DNA from: Octopus sinensis
Lineage: Eukaryota
Length of the DNA: 64,000 nt
Direction of reading: 5' to 3'
NCBI RefSeq assembly: GCF_006345805.1
Contig: NC_043004.1
Coordinates: forward strand, 103,044,001 to 103,108,000
How positions within the stretch are numbered: the first letter of the stretch is position 1; every line of letters starts with the position of its first letter. Shown here one piece after another: positions 38,627-52,794 of this stretch. The position numbers and the translations under genes are program-made. Under the pieces are notes generated by a model that was not told the DNA's origin, did no database searches, and worked only from the letters and a program-made list of their open reading frames with translations.

Positions 38627-39094
38627 AGAGCATGTATATGTGTGTATTCATATAATTCGTCCTTGTGCATATGTATGCGTATTGTGCGTATGTGAAACTG
38701 CATTGTCTAATGTGCATTTCCCTAAAGTAAGACGACATGGCATCATTTTGTAATTTGAGGGAAATTTTGTTACTATTTCTAACAAAATTAGCGATCGAGC
38801 CGAAGCTCTTTATCACTGTTTCGAAATAAGCTTGGTTGTTCTGGTTACGCCGCAGACCAGCCGTTATCGAACAGACTCACTATAAAAGGCCTTCCGCTTG
38901 TGACTTTTCTTTCTTTTTGCATATCAGGAATGACATTGGAGAATATTCCGTGTATTTAAGAAGGTGGGCTGTGATCTCATGAACATTAGGGTGTTCTATC
39001 CAGCAGGTCGAACGATCATGTAGAAGCACCCTTGCTGAACAACGAGACCAGCAGGTATACATGATGTCACCTTAATTTTTGCGCAATAATACAG

Positions 39095-39125
<31 letters not shown>

Positions 39126-39164
39126 GTTACACACAAACACACACACATATACAAAAACAATTTA

Positions 39165-39362
39165 TGTATGTCCCCCCCCAACATCGCTTGACAACCGATA
39201 CTGGTGTGTTTATGTCCCCGTAACTTAGCGGTTCGGCAAAAGAGACCGATAGGATAAGTTCTAGGCTTACAAGGAATAAGTCCTGGGTCGATTTGCTCGA
39301 CTAAAGGCTGTGCTTCAGCATGGCCACAGCCATATGACTGAAACAAGTAAAAGAGTAAAAGA

Positions 39363-39365
<3 letters not shown>
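39165..39365 (+). mobile_element. SINE family 1, 3' half
   Basis: Tail match. Confidence 0.8.
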
Positions 39366-39429
<64 letters not shown>

Positions 39430-39447
39430 CATACATACATACATACA

Positions 39448-39479
<32 letters not shown>

Positions 39480-40077
39480 CCTACATACACACACACATGC
39501 ACGCACACATCAACACTCATACACAGAGCGGGGAAAATTCCCCCCAGAGGGCGACGTTTCTCTTAGTTTTGAATAATTAAATTATTGTTCTATTAACACT
39601 ATTATTCTCTCAAACAAAGGGTTTTGCAATTGATGTAATTTTTCTTTAAATAAGTGAAACGCATTGTTCCTGTCCCCTTTGTGATTTTAATTTGTAGATT
39701 TGCTTGGCTTGTTCCTTATTGTCTTTTACTGAATACCAATTTTATATAACCCCTCAAATTCCGAAAATAACGAACAAGCAAACCTATCTAATTCTATTTG
39801 TGTGTTTCAAATCGCTAAACCAGACATTTAAAATAGAACACACACAACGTCACACCCTTCTCGTTACCCTGTCTCTTTTATCATTTATGCTATGCTGTAT
39901 GTGGTGTGTGTTCATCCAAATTTCGTAATGTCTTCTCAGAATTTCTACTTTGGTTATTTGTTATTAGTTACTGTCATCCTACTCAACATATCTCTCTCTC
40001 TCTCCCTATACACATGCATACTCACGCACACACACACACAAACACACAAACACACACACACACATATCCCCAAATGA

Positions 40078-40477
40078 TTTTACTCTTTTACTTGTTTCAG
40101 TCATTTGACTATGGCCATGCTGGAGCACCGCCTTTAGTCGAGCAAATCGACCCCAGGACTTATTCTTTGTAAGCCTAGTACTTATTCTATCGGTGTCTTT
40201 AGCCGAACCGCTAAGTTACGGGGACGTAAACACACCAGCATCGGTTGTCAAGTAATGTTTGGGGGACAAACACAGACACACAAACATATACACATACATA
40301 TATATACATATATACGACGGGCTTCTTTCAGTTTCCGTCTACCAAATCCACTCACAATGCTTTGGTCGGCCCGAAGCTACAGTAAAAGACACTTGCCCAA
40401 GGTGCCACGCAGTGGGACTGAACCCGGAACCATGTGGTTGGTAAGCAAGCTACTTACCACACAGCCACTCCTACGCC
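40078..40477 (-). mobile_element. SINE family 1 (full length)
   Basis: Reverse complement match. Confidence 0.9.
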
Positions 40478-40599
40478 TGTTTTGGTAACAGTTTTCAAAG
40501 TTAACCCCTTAGATTTCAATCATAATGTGTTGCAGCCCAATGAATGTGCATGAAAAGTTGCAAGTATAAATTTTCTCTCAGGATCTTTCTGCTGTTATA

Positions 40600-41151
40600 T
40601 GTAAAGTTCCGAAGCACAATTTTCTTGCTGTGCTCAACTAGGTCAATCTGACGAACACAAATTCTATCATTTCGAAACCAACAGAAATGGTACCAAATCA
40701 AAGGACTTTCTTGAAAATCTGCTATTACGTCTAAATACAATATTCTAGAAGAGAATCAGCCAACTCTAGACATTTATGACCCCAAATGGAAGCAAATCAC
40801 AGATGATTATCAATCGTAAATGGATTAACAATACAAAACATAGTAGAATTATGTGTCTGTGAGAATTCGTCTAAGACTTTATGCCAGCAAAAGTAACTTG
40901 AAGAGAAGCTCACCTTATGGTTGGTCTGCTCTGAATAAAAATCCGGAAATTCGAAATAAATTTGCCGTCTGTGTTCAGAATCGATTTGCTGTTCTTCAAG
41001 AAGAAAACAATATAAACTTACCAAACAGCACTAAACAGCGAGGAAGCAGCATCAGATACCATAAACCTCAGGTACGGAAAAAACCTAAGATACGGAAAAA
41101 TCCTAAGGTACGAAAACGAAAATGAAACAGCTCAAGTTCGTCCGTCAAACG

Positions 41152-41195
<44 letters not shown>

Positions 41196-41202
41196 CTCCC
41201 TC

Positions 41203-41245
<43 letters not shown>

Positions 41246-42330
41246 GTCTGTCTGCCTGTCTGTCTGTCTGTCTGTCTGTCTTTCTTTCTATCTATCTATT
41301 TATCTATCAGTCTGTCTGTCTGTCTGTCATCTTCGTCCACTATTTCTGGGATGGCCGTTGGAGTAGACTCTTCAGGTACCGCCTCCGTAGAATATTATCA
41401 TAAGCTAAAAGTCAGTAAATTTTCCGGCTGGATCCCAAGTGTAACTAATTTTAGTTATGGATATTATCCAACTGTCTCGTTCTTGGTCGGCTGCATGGTC
41501 TTCCGCTGGTTGGCAGGAGAATCCGTCTTGCAATACTTTCCTGTTTGTTAGAGTCGCAAACAGCTATACAATGTCGCTCGTTTGAAAGATTCAGCAACGA
41601 CGCTTGAAAATAACGAAACCTATAAGAGATCGAAATTATCTCTTGTTGAAGTCAATGAGAAAGATCAAGCTGAATAACTACAAGATCGATTAAATCAGAA
41701 ATGCAACCGACAGCAAGAAATCTGCAGTTGCATGGAATACAGTAAATGAAATCGGTGAAAGTAAGAAGTGAAATATTTCCAGACTAAAAACTTGAAGTAA
41801 GCGAGAGAGAATTGAATTACAGAAGAAGCACTCTGAAGATCTTCTAGGTAAACCTCCAAAATGTGCTGAGGGCAGCATCAATCTAGTCTTTCCGCAACTC
41901 GATATAAAGAGCGGTTCTTTCACCATTGATGAACTTCAAGCTGCCCTCAAATCAATCTGGAATGATTTGCGGTCTGGATAGCATCTCTGGAATCTGGAAG
42001 AATTCAACAAAGTGTTCCAGGAGGCTTGAAATGCTGTATACCAGCAACGAGCAATAGATAGCTGGAGTGAGGGTTGTATAATACCAGTACCTAAGAAAGG
42101 AGACTTGGGTTTTACGAAGAAATAACGCGACTTTATACTCACTGCAATTGCAGCTAAACTCATCTTGGTGCTACTGAAAAGAATCGGACCCAAGCTTGGG
42201 AAAATTTTTTACAAAAATCAGAATGGCTTTCGTCCAAGTAGATCAACAATAGGACAAATAATTACAATCATGTGAATCATTGAAGGTGAGAAAGAGGATA
42301 CAGAAACTGCTTTACTTTTCGAGAAAAAAA
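40600..42330 (+). mobile_element. Degenerate RTE-like LINE, split by (TCTA)n
   Basis: NKFAVCVQNRFAVLQEE; GSFTIDELQAALKSI; GCIIPVPKKGDLG; KNQNGFRPSRSTIGQI. Confidence 0.7.
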
Positions 42331-42374
42331 TCGGAAGCCCATTGCAAGCAATGGTGTATGACAGTTAATAGCCT

Positions 42375-42778
42375 GAGGAGTGGCTGTGTGGTAAGTAGCT
42401 TGCTTACCAACCACATGGTTCCGGGTTCAGTCCCACTGTGTGGCACCTTGGGCAAGTGTCTTCTGCTATAGCCTCGGGCTGAACAAAGCCTTGTGAGTGG
42501 ATTTGGTAGACGGAAACTGAAAGAAGCCCGTCGTATATATGTATATATATATATGCGTGTGTGTGTTTGTGTGTCTGTGTTTGTAACCCTAGCATTGCTT
42601 GACAACCGATGCTGGTGTGTTTATGTCCCTGTTACTTAGCGGTTCGGCAAAAGAGACCGATAAAATAAGTACTGGGCTTACAAAAGAATAAGTCCCGGGA
42701 TCGAGTTGCTCGATTAAAGGCGGTGCTCCAGCATGGCCGCAGTCAAATGACTGAAACAAGTAAAAGAGTAAAAGAGTA
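42375..42778 (+). mobile_element. SINE family 1 (full length)
   Basis: Match to 726-1153. Confidence 0.9.
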
Positions 42779-43115
42779 TATACATAAAACAAAGTGGAGT
42801 TGTAGGGTACAAACACAGCAATTTAGTACGTATTTAAGTCATAAATTTGGTGCGTATAGACATATAGGAAGTTTGCTATAGTTGAATGCGACCTTGAAAC
42901 TATGAATGTAATTGGATATGATAACGTAGATTGTGATAAAGAAATATAAAAATGTTTTTGAGTGTGTTGGAGAGGACTAATGACCACAAGCTTAGATCTT
43001 TCAAACTAATTAACACTTCAGTAGCGAGGCAGCTCTAACGAAGTCAATGATATCAAGCAGGCAGAGCACTTAGAAGAAATTTAAGAATTAAATATTAGGT
43101 AATTGTTGTGAGACG

Positions 43116-43163
<48 letters not shown>

Positions 43164-43202
43164 CTATCTATCTATATCTATCTATCTATATCTATCTATC
43201 TA

Positions 43203-43256
<54 letters not shown>

Positions 43257-43289
43257 GCTATCTGTATGTATGTATGTATATATATATAC

Positions 43290-43323
<34 letters not shown>

Positions 43324-43769
43324 GCATGTATGTGTGTGTGCGTGCGTGTGTACACAAATGTTGTTTGTGTATGTTCTTTTATGCTGAGAATGTTTAGTAT
43401 ATGACGATGAGCAGGAAGAGGAAGTGAGGGGGCGGTGGTGAAGGGTGAGGAGATGGAGGGGGAGCATTGAAAAGTGAACGGCGGTGAAGAAAGACAATAA
43501 TGAAATAATGCACACGTATACGCATGCATGCATGCATGTATGTATGTATGTATGTATGTATGTATGTATGTATGTATGTATGTATGTTTGTATGTATGTA
43601 ATATATATATACATATATATATATACATATATATGTATGTATGATGTATATATATATATATACATGTATTATATATATATATATATATATATAGATATAT
43701 ATATACATACATACATACATACATACATACATACATACATACATACATACGTATACCTATGTATGTATG

Positions 43770-43808
<39 letters not shown>

Positions 43809-44384
43809 GCTCGAGGAGAAAAGGAAGGTAGAAGTAGATGAAGGTTGATGGAAGAGAAGGGGGGGGAGATGTAGATGAGGGCAGATGGGGCGGGGGGGGG
43901 GAGAGTGAAGTGAGGAAGAGGAAGGTCAAAGAGATGGTAAAGGTGGCGGCCAAGGTGTGCGGGAGGGTTGGTGGTTCTATGTGTTACGTCATGCACTACA
44001 ATGGTGCTTTTGTTTCGTAGAACAAACGAAAGTACTATTTCATTATGTGTAATTAAATATGAGGATAAAAAGAAATAAAGAAACAAAGAGAAATATTAAT
44101 TAAAATAATAGTTTCTAACATAGACGCAGTATCATATATGAGACGGCGGGGTGCATGTATTGTTAGTGAACTGGTAGATTAGTTATAGTATCAGATGAAA
44201 GATCCCATTCGTTTTAAGTTCTCGGTTCAATTGCCAAGGTCAATTTTTACCTTTCATTCTTCCGGGGGCGCTAACAGAGCAAAATATCGAGTTCGGTTTA
44301 CTATATCTAGATGTAAACGGAATTATAATCGAAGAATAAGAGGCCCGTCCGATTAAATTTTTTTTTGTTTTTTGACCCATTTCG

Positions 44385-44709
44385 GTCAGACACTGACCAT
44401 GGGTTTGCACCTAGAGAGTTACCCTCTGAGGCACAAGTCTGAGCAAGGTTGTTTTATGGAAGACCAGCAGTCGCCCATGCATACCGGTCTCCCCTCTTCA
44501 CGTCACCGATGTTGTCCAAGGGAAAGACAAAGGGGCTGATACAGCTTGGCACCTGTGACGTCGCAACTCATTTCTACAGCTGGGTGAACTGGAGCAACGT
44601 GAAATAAAGTGTCTTGCTCAAGAACACAACACGCAGCCCGGTCCGGGATTTGAGCTCACAACCTACGATCGTAAGCTCGACGCTCTAACCACTGAGCCAT
44701 GCGCCTTCT
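44385..44709 (-). mobile_element. tRNA-derived SINE with CORE-like TTGAGCAAGACACTT motif
   Basis: Head GGCGCATGGCTCAGTGGTTAG; B-box-like CTCAAATCCC; a 3' tail fragment of it also at 48535-48612. Confidence 0.8.
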
Positions 44710-45305
44710 AGGGTATATTTATCGCTTCCCATCCTCTCGAGAGAAGCGGTCGTATTATCATGAATGCAGAAAAAGGGGAATGTACACAGGTTACATTTAT
44801 ATTTTCGGTTTCGATTGGTCCAAGTTAGCAAAATATTGGGGTGGGATAGGATGCTGTTGACTTTCTAATTTTCAGCCCCGCAGTGAAATTTGTTTTTAAG
44901 GAGATTGTCTGATGGTTTTAGTGGATTTTCAACTTGTTGAAGATTTGGCACTAAAAATGGCTCAAATGTATTGATACATCATGTGACCCATTGTACAAAG
45001 TGTCCATATATTACCTCCACAATTTGAAAAGTTCAGAAAAAAATAATAAAGGAATAACTCGTGAAATAACCAGTGAAATCCACGTGGAAGTGTCCTGATA
45101 TTTCTAATAAAACTTTTCCTATAAACTCCCCTGAATTATTCTTATTATTTCAGTTATTTTTCTGAATTTTTCAAATTGTAAAGGTAATTTACGGACAGCT
45201 CGTAATTTTGTTCCGTTGAGAAGTTCATAGAAATAATGCCGTTTCAAAAACCAGGTTTTCTGAGTTTCACGTGCGTCTTTAACACTACTTATAGTACATT
45301 CATAA

Positions 45306-45639
45306 TTTCGTGCCTTTCTAAGCCAGAACGCCGCCCTCGTGTAACCTAACTTTTTTCTTATAAACCTCAAGGTCATACAGAGATTGGCAAAGCTTGCTGA
45401 TGCTGACATTGTCTGACAGATTCACGTCAGTAGGTGCAGCACTCTCACAGACGTACACTTGTAAACAAAATCGACTTTTCTTACCTTCTGCATGCTTTAC
45501 TGAAAATATCATGTGTCTGGAATCTTGTTTTTGTATGTCATTGTCTTATAATAAACCTTGTCTTGTGCATTCCAATCTGAAATCTCAAGCATATAATTTG
45601 TTACACGAGGGCGGCGTTCTAGCTTAGAAAGGCACGAAA
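45306..45639. mobile_element. MITE with ~40-bp TIRs, superfamily unresolved
   Basis: TTTCGTGCCTTTCTAAGCCAGAACGCCGCCCTCGTGTAAC and its complement at 45600-45639. Confidence 0.75.
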
Positions 45640-46004
45640 ATACGAATATACTATAAGTAGTTGTATTTTGTTGCATTCTGTTATGTTGGAATTTGTAAAC
45701 TTTTGAAATACATGTGTGTGAACTATAGTTTTGATTGACTAAAACATTTGGTTTCACTATATCTTTGGTATGCATCATATTTTCCCTTTATCTATCGGAA
45801 CATCATGTCGTAAGTTTTGTAATTATTTGGAATAAAATTGGATCCCATTAATATCTTTTCTTTGTAAGGGTCGTGGCTTAGAAGAATCATTAATGTGGGA
45901 TTTGTTCTTGTTCTTTATGTTTTTAGGTCAAATCACGCTGAGGTCAACTTAGCTGTTCATTCTTTCTCCCCCGCTGTCGGTAAAATAAAATAAAAAAATA
46001 AATA

Positions 46005-46250
46005 AATGCGCCCTTTTAAAGCCTAGCCAGGCTCATGGGCCGGTTTCCCGGTTTCTATGGCGTATGTGTTCCCCAGCTGGACGGGACGCCAGTCCATCGC
46101 AGCGTTACTCATTTTTGCCAGCTGAGTGGACTGGAATAACATGAAATGAAGTGTTTTGCTCAAGAACACAACGCGTCGCCCGGTCCAGGAATCGAAACCA
46201 CAATCTTACGATCATGATGCTGACAGCCTAATCACTAAGCCATGCACCTC
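46005..46250 (-). mobile_element. SINE family 3 (tRNA head, CORE-like and V-like motifs)
   Basis: GGTTTCGATTCC B-box; TTGAGCAAAACACTT; GCGATGGACTGGCGTCCCGTCC. Confidence 0.8.
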
Positions 46251-47310
46251 CCGGTAAAATAAAATACCAGTGAAGAAGTGGAGTCGATTTAACCTCACTA
46301 AGTCCCTCTCCTCGTACATACTTTATTTCGAAACGAATATTATTTTTATCCTAGCGACTGGTGGAGGCCCGTGGCCTAGTGATTAGAGTGTTGCACCCAC
46401 GATTGTAAGATTGTGGTTCTGATCCCTGAACCGAGCATGGCATTGCGCACTTGAGCAAAACACTTCATTTCATGATGTTCCAGTCCACACAGGTTGCGAG
46501 AATGAGTGATGTGTTGAAGTCGTGACGAGCGTTGCAAATCGGCGATGAATGGTGGATCTGCCTAAAAAAGTAAACAGAAGGGAACTTCTGGGTTGACGGG
46601 TTATAGCCCTACACTGATGTTGAGTATTACCTTTTATCATATGACTCTGGTACACGGGTAGAATCGCTACTGTGTTGGAAAAATGCTTTGCGGTATATAG
46701 TTACGGCCCTGGACGTTCGGAGTTCAAATCTCATTGGAGCCTACTTTGGTTTTCATCCTTCTTGGAGTTGGTATAATAAGTACCGGCGAAACACTGGAGC
46801 CGATATAATCGACCTTACCCTTCCCAATATTCCAAGCTTTGTACCTTAAGAGAAATTTATTTCAAGTGACCACTTCTTTGCTGATATCCAAATTGGCCAT
46901 TTTATCAGAAATCTTCTGAAATGAACGGGTTACTATTTAGCAATCATGTAAAAAAAAATTCTTTCATATAAAATATAAAACAAATCACAAATAAAATTAA
47001 TTTTTAAGCAATAGCTAAAAAGGAGTCATATCTGTTTGATGCATGAGAAAATAATTCGATATGATAATCGTAAGATTAATAGCCATGAAAACTGTTGTAC
47101 TCATTTGAGAGATACGATCGAATGATCTACTGATAGCAAACGCAATTGCGAAATTTCCACCAAATTATTTCAAATGCATGGGATCATATTTAAGCGACAT
47201 ACGGGAGCAGGCATCCAGAAGATCTCGATTTAAGAAAGCCGTACAAGGGGTCATTAATGTATGTGTGTATGTGTGGTATAGCTCACGTGCATGTATAGTT
47301 GATAACTGTG

Positions 47311-47346
<36 letters not shown>

Positions 47347-47507
47347 ATGTATGTATATATATGTATGTATGCATATATATGTATGTATGTATATGTATGT
47401 ATGCATATATATGTATGTATGTATATATATGTATGTATGCATATATATATATGTATGTATATATATATATATGTATGTATATATATATATGTATGTATAT
47501 ATATATG

Positions 47508-47540
<33 letters not shown>

Positions 47541-47582
47541 ATATATGTATATATATATGTATGTATATATATATACGTGTAC

Positions 47583-47621
<39 letters not shown>

Positions 47622-48054
47622 CATATACATCCATATATAAGAGTGTGTGCATATGTATGTGTATGTATACATATTTGTACATACATATACATACATACAT
47701 TTACACACACGCGCGCACATATATAACATATACATATATATATATATATATATTCTGTGTGTGTGTGTTTAATTTCGAATTAAAAGCAGCTTTATTAATG
47801 TAAATATTATCGGTCGTGCACATACATAGTGTGTGTTTTGTTTATGCGTCAACTTGCTGCGATATATGTGCGTGTGCGTGTGTGTATGTGTATACATGTA
47901 TATACATATGTTTACAAGATAAAGGCAAAAGAAAAATTCTAATGCCAAATATGCCGAAAAAAAGACAAAACTTTTCAATAACCATTATAATTTATGAGTC
48001 TCGAAACAAACCGATAGAAATTTCTAAAAAATTGTATATACATATGAATATGTA

Positions 48055-48521
48055 TATAAATAATAAGGGTGACTTGTTAGCAATTTTTCAACTGAAAGGC
48101 AAAAATATATACGCCACTAAAGCGACTGAGGGCGCTATTCAGCACCAGTATTGTTAGAAATTAGAGTGAAAACAACTCTTAGCCACAATAAGCACTATCT
48201 TATAGACTGACAAGGGAGGCCAACTCCCTACGCACCGGGCATAGGCAGATCACCAGTGATTTCGCATTTACATTAATGCTCGTCAGTGGCTCTTACTGGA
48301 AACTTGGGTTAAACTCCAGTCGCCTTGCCAGTCTATAAGATCACCGTAGAAATCATACACTGATTTCATAAATGGCAATGGTGTAAATTATAAATAATAA
48401 AGGTGTCTTGTTAGCAACTTTTCAACCGAAAGGCAAAAATATGTACGTCACTAAAGCACTAGTATTGCTAAAAATAAGAGTCAAAACAAGTCATAGCTAC
48501 AATAAGCACCATCTTATTGAC
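48055..48521 (-). mobile_element. ~334-bp-period diverged direct repeat enclosing the HHR (retrozyme-like unit or PLE terminal repeat)
   Basis: Repeats start at 48055 and 48389; internal inverted repeat 48197-48209 / 48329-48341. Confidence 0.6.
48241..48292 (-). ncRNA. Type I hammerhead ribozyme with canonical core (family D)
   Basis: GAGCCA-CUGACGA-GCAUU(AAUGUA)AAUGC-GAAA-UCAC(UG)GUGA-UC-UGCCU; G10.1-C11.1 pair; AUC site; one C-C mismatch in stem I. Confidence 0.8.
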
Positions 48522-48609
48522 CTTCCATAAATAATCTTGCCTGGACTTGTGCCGGAGGGTAACTTTCTCGGCGCAATCTCATGGTCATTCATGACCGATT
48601 GGGGTCTTT

Positions 48610-50945
48610 ACCCTTTTACATAACATAAAGTATTGAGTGTATCTGGGAGTTTTTCTTTTTTGTAATTCTTGGATGTCTAGCGTTTTGCACGTTCTATTCC
48701 ATTACTGATTAAATTGACCAGGTATAGTCTTTTGAGTAATATATTTTAAAGTTGTGGAGTTGCTTCTTGCGGGATTCGGGATTGAATATAACTGTGCAAG
48801 TTCTTGTTCCCAAGTAAAAAAGGGATATTGATTTTCGTATGCTTTGGCTGGCAGGAAAAAAATAGTAGATATTGTTTAGCGCTGTTAATTTAAAGTAGAT
48901 GTCGGTTTCAATGTTAGTATCCCTTTTTATGATAAGGATTCCAGAAAAGAAGAGCTGTTTTTGACCGTATTCCATTGTAAATTGGATAGTGTGGTTTATA
49001 TTATTAATTAAGCTTTTAAACTGCAAGAGTTGATTCAGATTATGTGACCAAGGAATGAAACAGTCGTCCAAGTAGCGTTTCCAGTTGGTATTTAGGTATT
49101 AATGGAAGTTATCGCCGAGTTTCAGTCTGTCATGTTCTTATATTTAGACTTCTAAATATGCCATGACAAAGTTAGCAAAAGTGGGGGCTAACTTCGACTC
49201 CATTGTAGTCCCAAATATTTATCTACAAGTGCTGTCCTTGAAGTTTAAAAAGTTATGATGAACTTTAATGAACTATAATCTCTCAATGATAAATCCTTTC
49301 TCAGTTTGGAAAAAGTTTCAGCTTCTATTTCGTATTCGGATGATATTGAAGTGTACAGATTTACTACATCGAATGAGATAAAAAGAGTCCGCTTTGCTCG
49401 GGAGGTATTTAAAACGTCTAAATGATCTTTAACGAAGCTCGGTATAAGTTTAAGAAGGGATTTTAAGAGTTTGTCAGTAAAGTTACTGGTCGGACCTATC
49501 ACAATTTGTCTTAATCGGAGATTTTTGGGATATGGGTTATCAACAACCAATGAGATTGATCTTATACTCTTTTCATTTATTGCTTCACTCTTGTGAGTTT
49601 TGGGGAGTCCGCGCTGGTTTTGCAGTCAAAACTTATTAAACAGTCCTTTTCCCATTTAATCCCTTTGGAACTGTTGGGTGAAGGTAGCGAGTTTCTTCAT
49701 TATTTTGGGTTGTTAAACCTTTCATAATAAGTGTTGTCACGAAGAAGAGCTAGCGCAGGGTTTATAAATAGTTCTGAGTTCATAATGACTACAGCACTAC
49801 TTTTATTAGCTTCTTTAATTACTATTATCATTGATATCATTGATTTCTCATTTGTTTCGGCTAGTATTTGTTTTAAATTTTGGATGTGGTTGTAAATCAT
49901 AAGGAAAATTGTTTACAAAATCACAAATTTTCTCCAAAGTTTGGTTCCAATCTTTTGTTGGACTGCAGTTGCTTTTATTATGAAGCACTGATTCATCATT
50001 GATTTGTTTGTCAAATAATTCTCCTGTTATGCATAGTTTTCTACATTCCTAGACATCGTTCTGTATTTCGCTTATGATGGAGTTTTGTGAAGCTGAAGTA
50101 AATTTTAGCCTTTTTGAGAGAGTTTTCAATTTTTTACGTTGAATAGATTTTGTGTGAGAGGTTTATAGTCTTCTGAATGTTACATTTGGCCCGTGCCATC
50201 GAGTGTCTTGGTTCCGTCCACGGTATTTAAAAACGAAATCCTCGATTTTGGGTTTAAACTATGAGTATTCTTGTCTGCTCTTCTGTGCATCCTTGACTTA
50301 TTATATATTCTTGGTCGTGGTCGATCCTGTTTAGGATTGTCATAACAGTTGTAATTTTTTATGCGTAGTTTCATTTGTGGTTGTTTCTGTCTACAGTGGT
50401 CATTATAGTTAAAATTTCCCGTGTATAGTGTCAACCATTTCGGAGGAGTGTTGCGTCTCGAACGAGAGAAGTTCCAGTTTCTTCCGATAATGACTTTATT
50501 AATACATCTTTGAGAAATAGTATTTTGTCTTGAGGAGAACGGATTAATAATGTTCCTGAAAGGATTACTTCTTTGTTTAGATGCTCTGGAATTGGCATTA
50601 TCAACTCTGTGTCTCTGATGATCGTTTAAGTTGCTTTTCCGATAAAGGCCTTGCTGTTTGCGTGCGGGATTTGTGATGTTTCATTCTTTTCAAGATTGGA
50701 TTTTCAGATTCATATTGTTCTTCAGATTTTGCTTCATAATGACTAAACCAGTCATTACTTTTTCCCATTTTCGAAGAGAAATTACTTCTACATTCTCACA
50801 ATGTTGTTTCCAGAGTTGGATGGTTTTTGGTAAAAAGTTCCCCTTCGGTCTCCTTAACAATTTCCACCTCCATCTATTCATTAACTGCATTCATTTTTTC
50901 ACGCAGAATTTAAGTGAGTTACTCAAAATCGCACGACCGATGTAG
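48610..50945 (-). mobile_element. Degenerate Penelope-like element RT region
   Basis: IVIKEANKSSAVVIMN; GLPKTHK; SFDVVNLYTSI; GTTMESKLAPTFANFVMAYLE; WKRYLDDCFIPW; NHTIQFTME; TDIYFK; EN domain absent. Confidence 0.85.
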
Positions 50946-51152
50946 TGTATGGGGCAATCTTGATCGGCAATATCTACGGACGTATATGTTTATCAAGAGC
51001 TGGACTCGTGAGTCACCAGCAGAGACACAAGTGTAAAGTATAATTTCATCTGAATGCGCAATATTCTTAATGGTCAGTGATGGCCTTTCTCGGTCAGGAG
51101 TGGACAGTCATCTTACCAGATTACATGTACATACATATATGCATACATAATA

Positions 51153-51193
<41 letters not shown>

Positions 51194-51212
51194 TATATAT
51201 CTATATATATAA

Positions 51213-51303
<91 letters not shown>

Positions 51304-51330
51304 CGTATATATTATATACGTATATATATA

Positions 51331-51374
<44 letters not shown>

Positions 51375-51440
51375 GTATATATAGATTATATACGTATATA
51401 TAATATATATATATATATATATAATATATATATATATATA

Positions 51441-51560
51441 TTGGCTTGCTCGCTTAGCCAGCGGGGTGGCGTCGTTCGAAGGCTAAAACAATGCGAAGCG
51501 CATTGTGACCAGCGATGGTAGCAACATCTGATGGTCTGGTCGGTCACGTGATCACGTGAT
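51441..51560 (+). mobile_element. ~120-bp TA-associated element
   Basis: Hairpin ACAATGCG(AAG)CGCATTGT at 51488-51506; terminal palindrome TCACGTGATCACGTGA. Confidence 0.75.
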
Positions 51561-51624
51561 AATATATATATACGTATAATTATATATACGTATATATATA
51601 TATATATCGTATATATATAAATAC

Positions 51625-51657
<33 letters not shown>

Positions 51658-51709
51658 CGTATATATATATATATACGTAATATATATATATATGTATATA
51701 TATATATCG

Positions 51710-51740
<31 letters not shown>

Positions 51741-51787
51741 ATATATAATATACGTATATATATATATACGTTATATATATATATACG

Positions 51788-51822
<35 letters not shown>

Positions 51823-51835
51823 ATATATATATATA

Positions 51836-51957
51836 TTGGCTTGCTCGCTTAGCAGCCCGGGGTGGCGTCGTTCGAAGGCTAAAACAATGCGAAGCGCATT
51901 GTGACCAGCGATGTGTAGCAACATCTGATGGTCTGGTCGGTCACGTGATCACGTGAT
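51836..51957 (+). mobile_element. Second tandem copy of the 120-bp element
   Basis: ~395-bp period including TA-rich flanks. Confidence 0.75.
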
Positions 51958-52021
51958 ATATATATATATACGTATAATTATATATACGTATATATATAAT
52001 TATACGTATATATATAAATAC

Positions 52022-52054
<33 letters not shown>

Positions 52055-52794
52055 CGTATATATATATATATACGTATATATATATATATATGATATATAT
52101 ATATATATAATATAAGAATATAGTATATATATTATATATATATATATACGTATATATATATATACGTATATATATATATATATATTATAATATAAAAAAT
52201 TACATTCTATAATTAAGCTTAGTAAAATAAATTACTTTGCCACATACTGAACTTTGTAGAAATAGCAGCCAAAAAAGTTTTTTAGCCATTTCCACTACTA
52301 AAAGAAATTTCTCTCAGATAATGTTTACTCAAATAACTCACGAAGGTATGGAGGTAAAAACAGAAAAATATCACAAGTACAAAGATTATTTGAGAACGTT
52401 AACGTTTCTAGATTAGCCAAATAAACTCAGCATTTCTTTCGTCAGCTCAACATTTCTTATTCTGGATTTGGAAGCACTAAAAAGAAAGAACATACACTTT
52501 GGCGACTTATCACCTCAGATGACCCGTTCAGACTGCCAGTACTAGCAAATTCAAAATGTGCAAGCGAAGATTCACTGCTCTCCCCTTCCACCCACGTGGG
52601 TTATCTAGCAAACATTATATTTTAACGGTGAGAACCGAGGCAATATGACAGAGAGAAATGAATTATAATATCAACAATTGAGGGTAAAATTAATTAGTTA
52701 TTAATCAATTTCACCAAGTATTCAGTATGTAAAAGGACCATTTAAGGCGAATTCAAAATATTACATTATATAATTACTAAGCCCTAATTATATA

